DNA of 10,083 nucleotides from Zygophlyctis sp. KS116 (taxonomy: Eukaryota > Fungi > Chytridiomycota): positions 1 through 10,083 of the forward strand of contig BAAFSQ010000337.1 of NCBI GenBank assembly GCA_054661495.1. Reading direction: 5' to 3'. The translations under genes were made by a program, and so were the position numbers. Positions 7,640 to 10,083 of this stretch are shown here, one piece after another. The notes under the pieces are model-generated. The model was given only the letters and a program-made list of their open reading frames with translations. It was not told the DNA's origin and did not search any database. The stretch's first letter is position 1; the number at the start of each line of letters is the position of its first letter.

Positions 7640-8825
7640 TATTCTAAACCCGGAATAAAATCAATCCTGTGAATCAACACCGTTTGACCTTGATTAGGTC
7701 TAATCATTATGAGAGCTTCTACAACACATGATTTCAACGACAGGACCATGAGTCGTGTACGATTACACAAACTCTCGGCTGAGCTGAGATTTCGAAGCAA
7801 AAGAACAGGACAGCCAACCTAATTTTAAACCCTTTTTTAATACCTTCAACTTCAAATTATGATATGGAACACCATTGCACTCCAAAGCATTTAGAAATTC
7901 TGGAGGGTACAGGTTCTCGTTAAGTCCCTCGGAAGGAATCAGGGAATCAGCACTGTAATACTCCTTCTCTCACGTTTCTAATTTTTCAATGATCAAATCA
8001 TTGATTTTGCCAACAGCCGAGTTTGTTGTGCACAAAATGGCACTCTCCTTCCGGTAGTCGAAGTTACCTGAATTTAGAAAAAAAAGGTACCTGAATTTTG
8101 TTCAAAGTCATTGTAAACTTCATTAATTAAACTTTCCTGGGTTTCAATCAAAAATTCAGAAGGAAATATAATACGTTTTTCAACGTCCACGGGCACTGCA
8201 CCATTCCCAATGTCCATAACAAAATCCACAAATTGAGGGTTTGGAGTCCCTTCTACTCGTAAATTCCCAGGCAGTTTTAAAACTGTGATTCTCCCCAAAA
8301 AGACCCCATTTTCAAGGACGCATTGACTGCAGCGGTCCGATTTCCCTTTGGAACGACTGGGAGGAATTGGCGAAAGTCTCCACCAAAAACGACTGTTTTC
8401 TAAAACATTAAAAAAAATTAGGTACTCTTCCAAAAAGCTTTTCGTTTTCCGACAAATCTTGTAGCAAAACGTTTACGGCCTCCATATTTGACTTGTGAGC
8501 CATGGGAGCTTCATCCCAAACAATCAACTTAGCAAGTTTCAAAAAATCAGCAAGCTGTGTTCCTCTAATAAATTACATTATCTAATTTTTAAAAAATACC
8601 TTTTGATGTTGCACTTACAGTCGTCCACATCCAAGGAGAGCTTAAAACGCGAATGAGCTGTCCTACAACCCGGGTTCAAAGTGCTATATCTCCTCTTAAC
8701 CGTACAGTAGCCAAAAGTACTTTATATAAGTAGGTTTTTCCAGAACCTCCAGGACCGTCAATGAAAAAGACACCCCCTTAAGTTTTAAGAAAAACATTTT
8801 TAACTTGCTCGTCATTGTTGAGTTG
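7640..8825 (-). mobile_element. Helitron-type PIF1 helicase remnant with tiny introns
   Basis: GVFFIDGPGGSGKTYLYK, RTAHSRFKL, CNIKR|GTQLA, LIVWDEAPMAHK, LFGR|KTVVFGGDFRQFLPVV, FVMDIGNG, AILCTTNSAV, YYSADS, LYPPEFLN, LKLK|VGCPVLLLRNL, LCNRTRL, VLIHRI. Introns at 8565-8599, 8400-8425, 8068-8090, 7819-7843 and probably 8777-8804. TGA at 7970-7972; frameshifts near 8290 and 8680. No Rep/HUH domain in the window. Confidence 0.9.
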
Positions 8826-8873
8826 AGGTTTGGTCTTCAGGCTCAGCACCCAGACCTATTGGGGAGGATTCAG

Positions 8874-9175
8874 TGTTATTCAAAAGATCTAAGTCAGACA
8901 TTTTTATTAGTTAATTCCTAGTTCAAAATTTCCTACTTATATAGTTTGTTGCTGCGTTATTTTAATGAATCATAATTGTGGTTTAGAATTCTCCAGACCA
9001 TCCAGAACATTCCAGACACTTATATAAGACTATAAGATTCTTATAAGATGATAACTCCAATAAGCTCCACCTGAACCATAACACACACACAGTACTCGCA
9101 TACACCAAGTCCTTCTTAGCAACATAAACCCAGTCCATCTAATAGACCTGCACACTCAGGATGAATATTTCAACA
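8874..9175 (-). repeat. 3' LTR of Copia-2 (about 302 bp; alternative end at 8947)
   Basis: Starts TGTTGAAAT immediately after a PPT; TATATAAG near 8940, AATAAA near 8905, ends GAATAACA at 8874. Confidence 0.7.
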
Positions 9176-9443
9176 CTCCACCTTCATTCTGAGTATCATC
9201 TTCTTTTTCCACAAGATTAATGGCTTTACATAATTTGATATGACGATCTTTAGTCATAGCTTTTGTCAATATGTCAGCAACCATATCTGCTGTTTCCAAG
9301 TATTGAACATCAATTTCATTAGACTCAACTTTTTCACGAATAAAGTGATGTCTAATATCAATATGCTTTGTTCTCTCATGTTTGACCGGATTCTTTGCCA
9401 GCGCAATACATCCTTGATTATCATCAAAAATAATCGTGGCCAT
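9156..9443 (-). pseudogene. pol: Copia RNase H C-terminal fragment (different family from Copia-1)
   Basis: IIFDDNQGCIALAKNPVKHERTKHIDIRHHFIREKV..MVADILTKAM; the frame reads through the PPT into the LTR. Confidence 0.95.
9176..9189 (-). promoter_or_regulatory. Polypurine tract of Copia-2
   Basis: GAATGAAGGTGGAG directly precedes TGTTG at the end of RNase H. Confidence 0.75.
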
Positions 9444-9499
9444 CTGGATGAATTTAAACAGTTATGAAACTAACCAACTTGACTCATCCCGGATTGATA

Positions 9500-9725
9500 A
9501 CAACCCCGAAAGCTAGAGAGTATGGTATCCGAAATACAGCCAACCAGACAATCTGCCAAAAATTTCTCCTGATTTATGTCAAGTTTTCCGGATTGCACAT
9601 TTTCCTACAACCCCACTAAACGAAGCCCTACATCCAGTTTCCTTCTCCATGAGAAATACACCTTTCCATCAAAGACATTACCACCTACGCCTACTGACTT
9701 CGGGAAATCCTGAACCGATTTAAGG
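9500..9725 (-). pseudogene. gag: Copia gag N-terminal fragment
   Basis: VFDGKVYFSWRRKLDVGLRLVGL*ENVQSG..FLADCLVGCISDTIL matches F.G..Y..W......L...LW..V; TAG at 9605-9607 replaces the conserved Trp. Confidence 0.7.
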
Positions 9726-9740
9726 GTTGGGCCCATAAGG

Positions 9741-10047
9741 TAAATTATCAGTAGACATGTTTATTTTATTTTCTCTAGGGTGAATATCAAAACCCTTCCA
9801 ATTTATAATTTCCAAATCAATCAAATTTGTAAGAATTCTTTAATTCTTTAATTTCGTGATTCTTTAATCCTTACTAGTTAATTGATGTCAGATTTGACCA
9901 GACATAATTCCCCTTTGAGTTTTCTTCTGAGTTACAGTACTCATTCCCAACAATCTGTACCATTGTGTTTTAAGTGGTTAGATCTCTTTAGTATCATAAA
10001 TCCACCTTGTATAAGCGGTTCTGGGCCTGGGCGAGCTGGTACCAACA
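9741..10047 (-). repeat. Probable Copia 5' LTR (about 307 bp) followed by a damaged half-tRNA-iMet PBS (TTATGGGCCCA, 9738-9728)
   Basis: Starts TGTTGG; has TATAAATTGG and AATAAA; shares motifs with LTR 8874-9175 (GAGTACTGT, AGAATTCT..TGATT, TTTTGA..CTAG, AATAAAnATGTCT). The terminal CA and the first GG of the PBS are missing. Confidence 0.5.
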
Positions 10048-10083
10048 TGTTGAACAAAAGATAGAGATTCCAAACTTTGTATA
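10048..10083 (-). repeat. 3' end of another probable LTR, cut by the window edge
   Basis: Minus strand ends ATCTTTTGTTCAACA, 12/15 identical to ATCTTTTGAATAACA at the end of LTR 8874-9175. Confidence 0.45.

Noticed and set aside
7640-8825. Cellular PIF1 helicase gene
   Set aside because: Motifs FIDGPGG.GKT, WDEAPM, GGDFRQ.LPVV and YPPEFLN are of the Helitron type, and the context is a transposon cluster.
9079-9091. (AC)n microsatellite
   Set aside because: Only about six units, inside an LTR; not informative.
273-9607. In-frame TAA/TAG codons as a sign of stop-to-Gln reassignment
   Set aside because: Several stops replace conserved Tyr (273-275) or Trp (2096, 9605, probably 6861), and the 690-aa pol stretch has no in-frame TAA/TAG. 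Ordinary decay explains them.
2096-9607. RIP-like CpA>TpA mutation suggested by TGG>TAG and CAA>TAA stops
   Set aside because: Transitions creating TAA/TAG are necessarily in that context, and Copia-1 remains CpA-rich with long open frames. Not supportable without aligned copies.
280-10064. Shadow ORFs (280-498, 1300-1494, 1519-1725, 2286-2474, 3206-3475, 3343-3528, 4159-4419, 4613-4879, 5843-6037, 6788-6979, 9240-9467, 9882-10064)
   Set aside because: They are antisense or alternate-frame overlaps of recognised sequences, or lie in LTR-like DNA, with no motifs of their own.
1-10083. CRISPR array, tRNA/rRNA genes or prokaryotic operon
   Set aside because: No repeat-spacer array or cloverleaf was seen; the tRNA match at 1338 is only a 14-nt antisense PBS; introns and LTR elements indicate eukaryotic DNA.

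Overview
AT-rich eukaryotic window, probably an early-diverging fungus or a protist with a compact genome. It is a dense graveyard of nested, decayed mobile elements. From left to right: (1) a pseudogenised bacterial-type AAA-ATPase-like gene (PF09820-like) on the minus strand, carrying tiny spliceosomal introns and interrupted at 1205/1206; (2) a near-complete Ty1/Copia retrotransposon with a 132-bp 5' LTR, a half-tRNA-Ile(AAU) primer-binding site, gag-PR-IN-RT-RH with stops and frameshifts, and no 3' LTR; (3) a possible hAT/BED remnant, GC-rich GNA-triloop hairpins and a coiled-coil gene remnant; (4) a Ty3/Gypsy-like gag remnant; (5) a CryptonF-like tyrosine-recombinase remnant; (6) a Helitron-type PIF1 helicase remnant; (7) an internally deleted, probably chimeric Copia on the minus strand that abuts another LTR end. 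The most striking recurring signal is a set of 23-35 nt spliceosomal introns, including a GC-AG intron and one flanked by an 11-nt direct repeat. Their removal restores conserved motifs in three unrelated genes. All family assignments come from manual translation and recalled motifs, not database searches.
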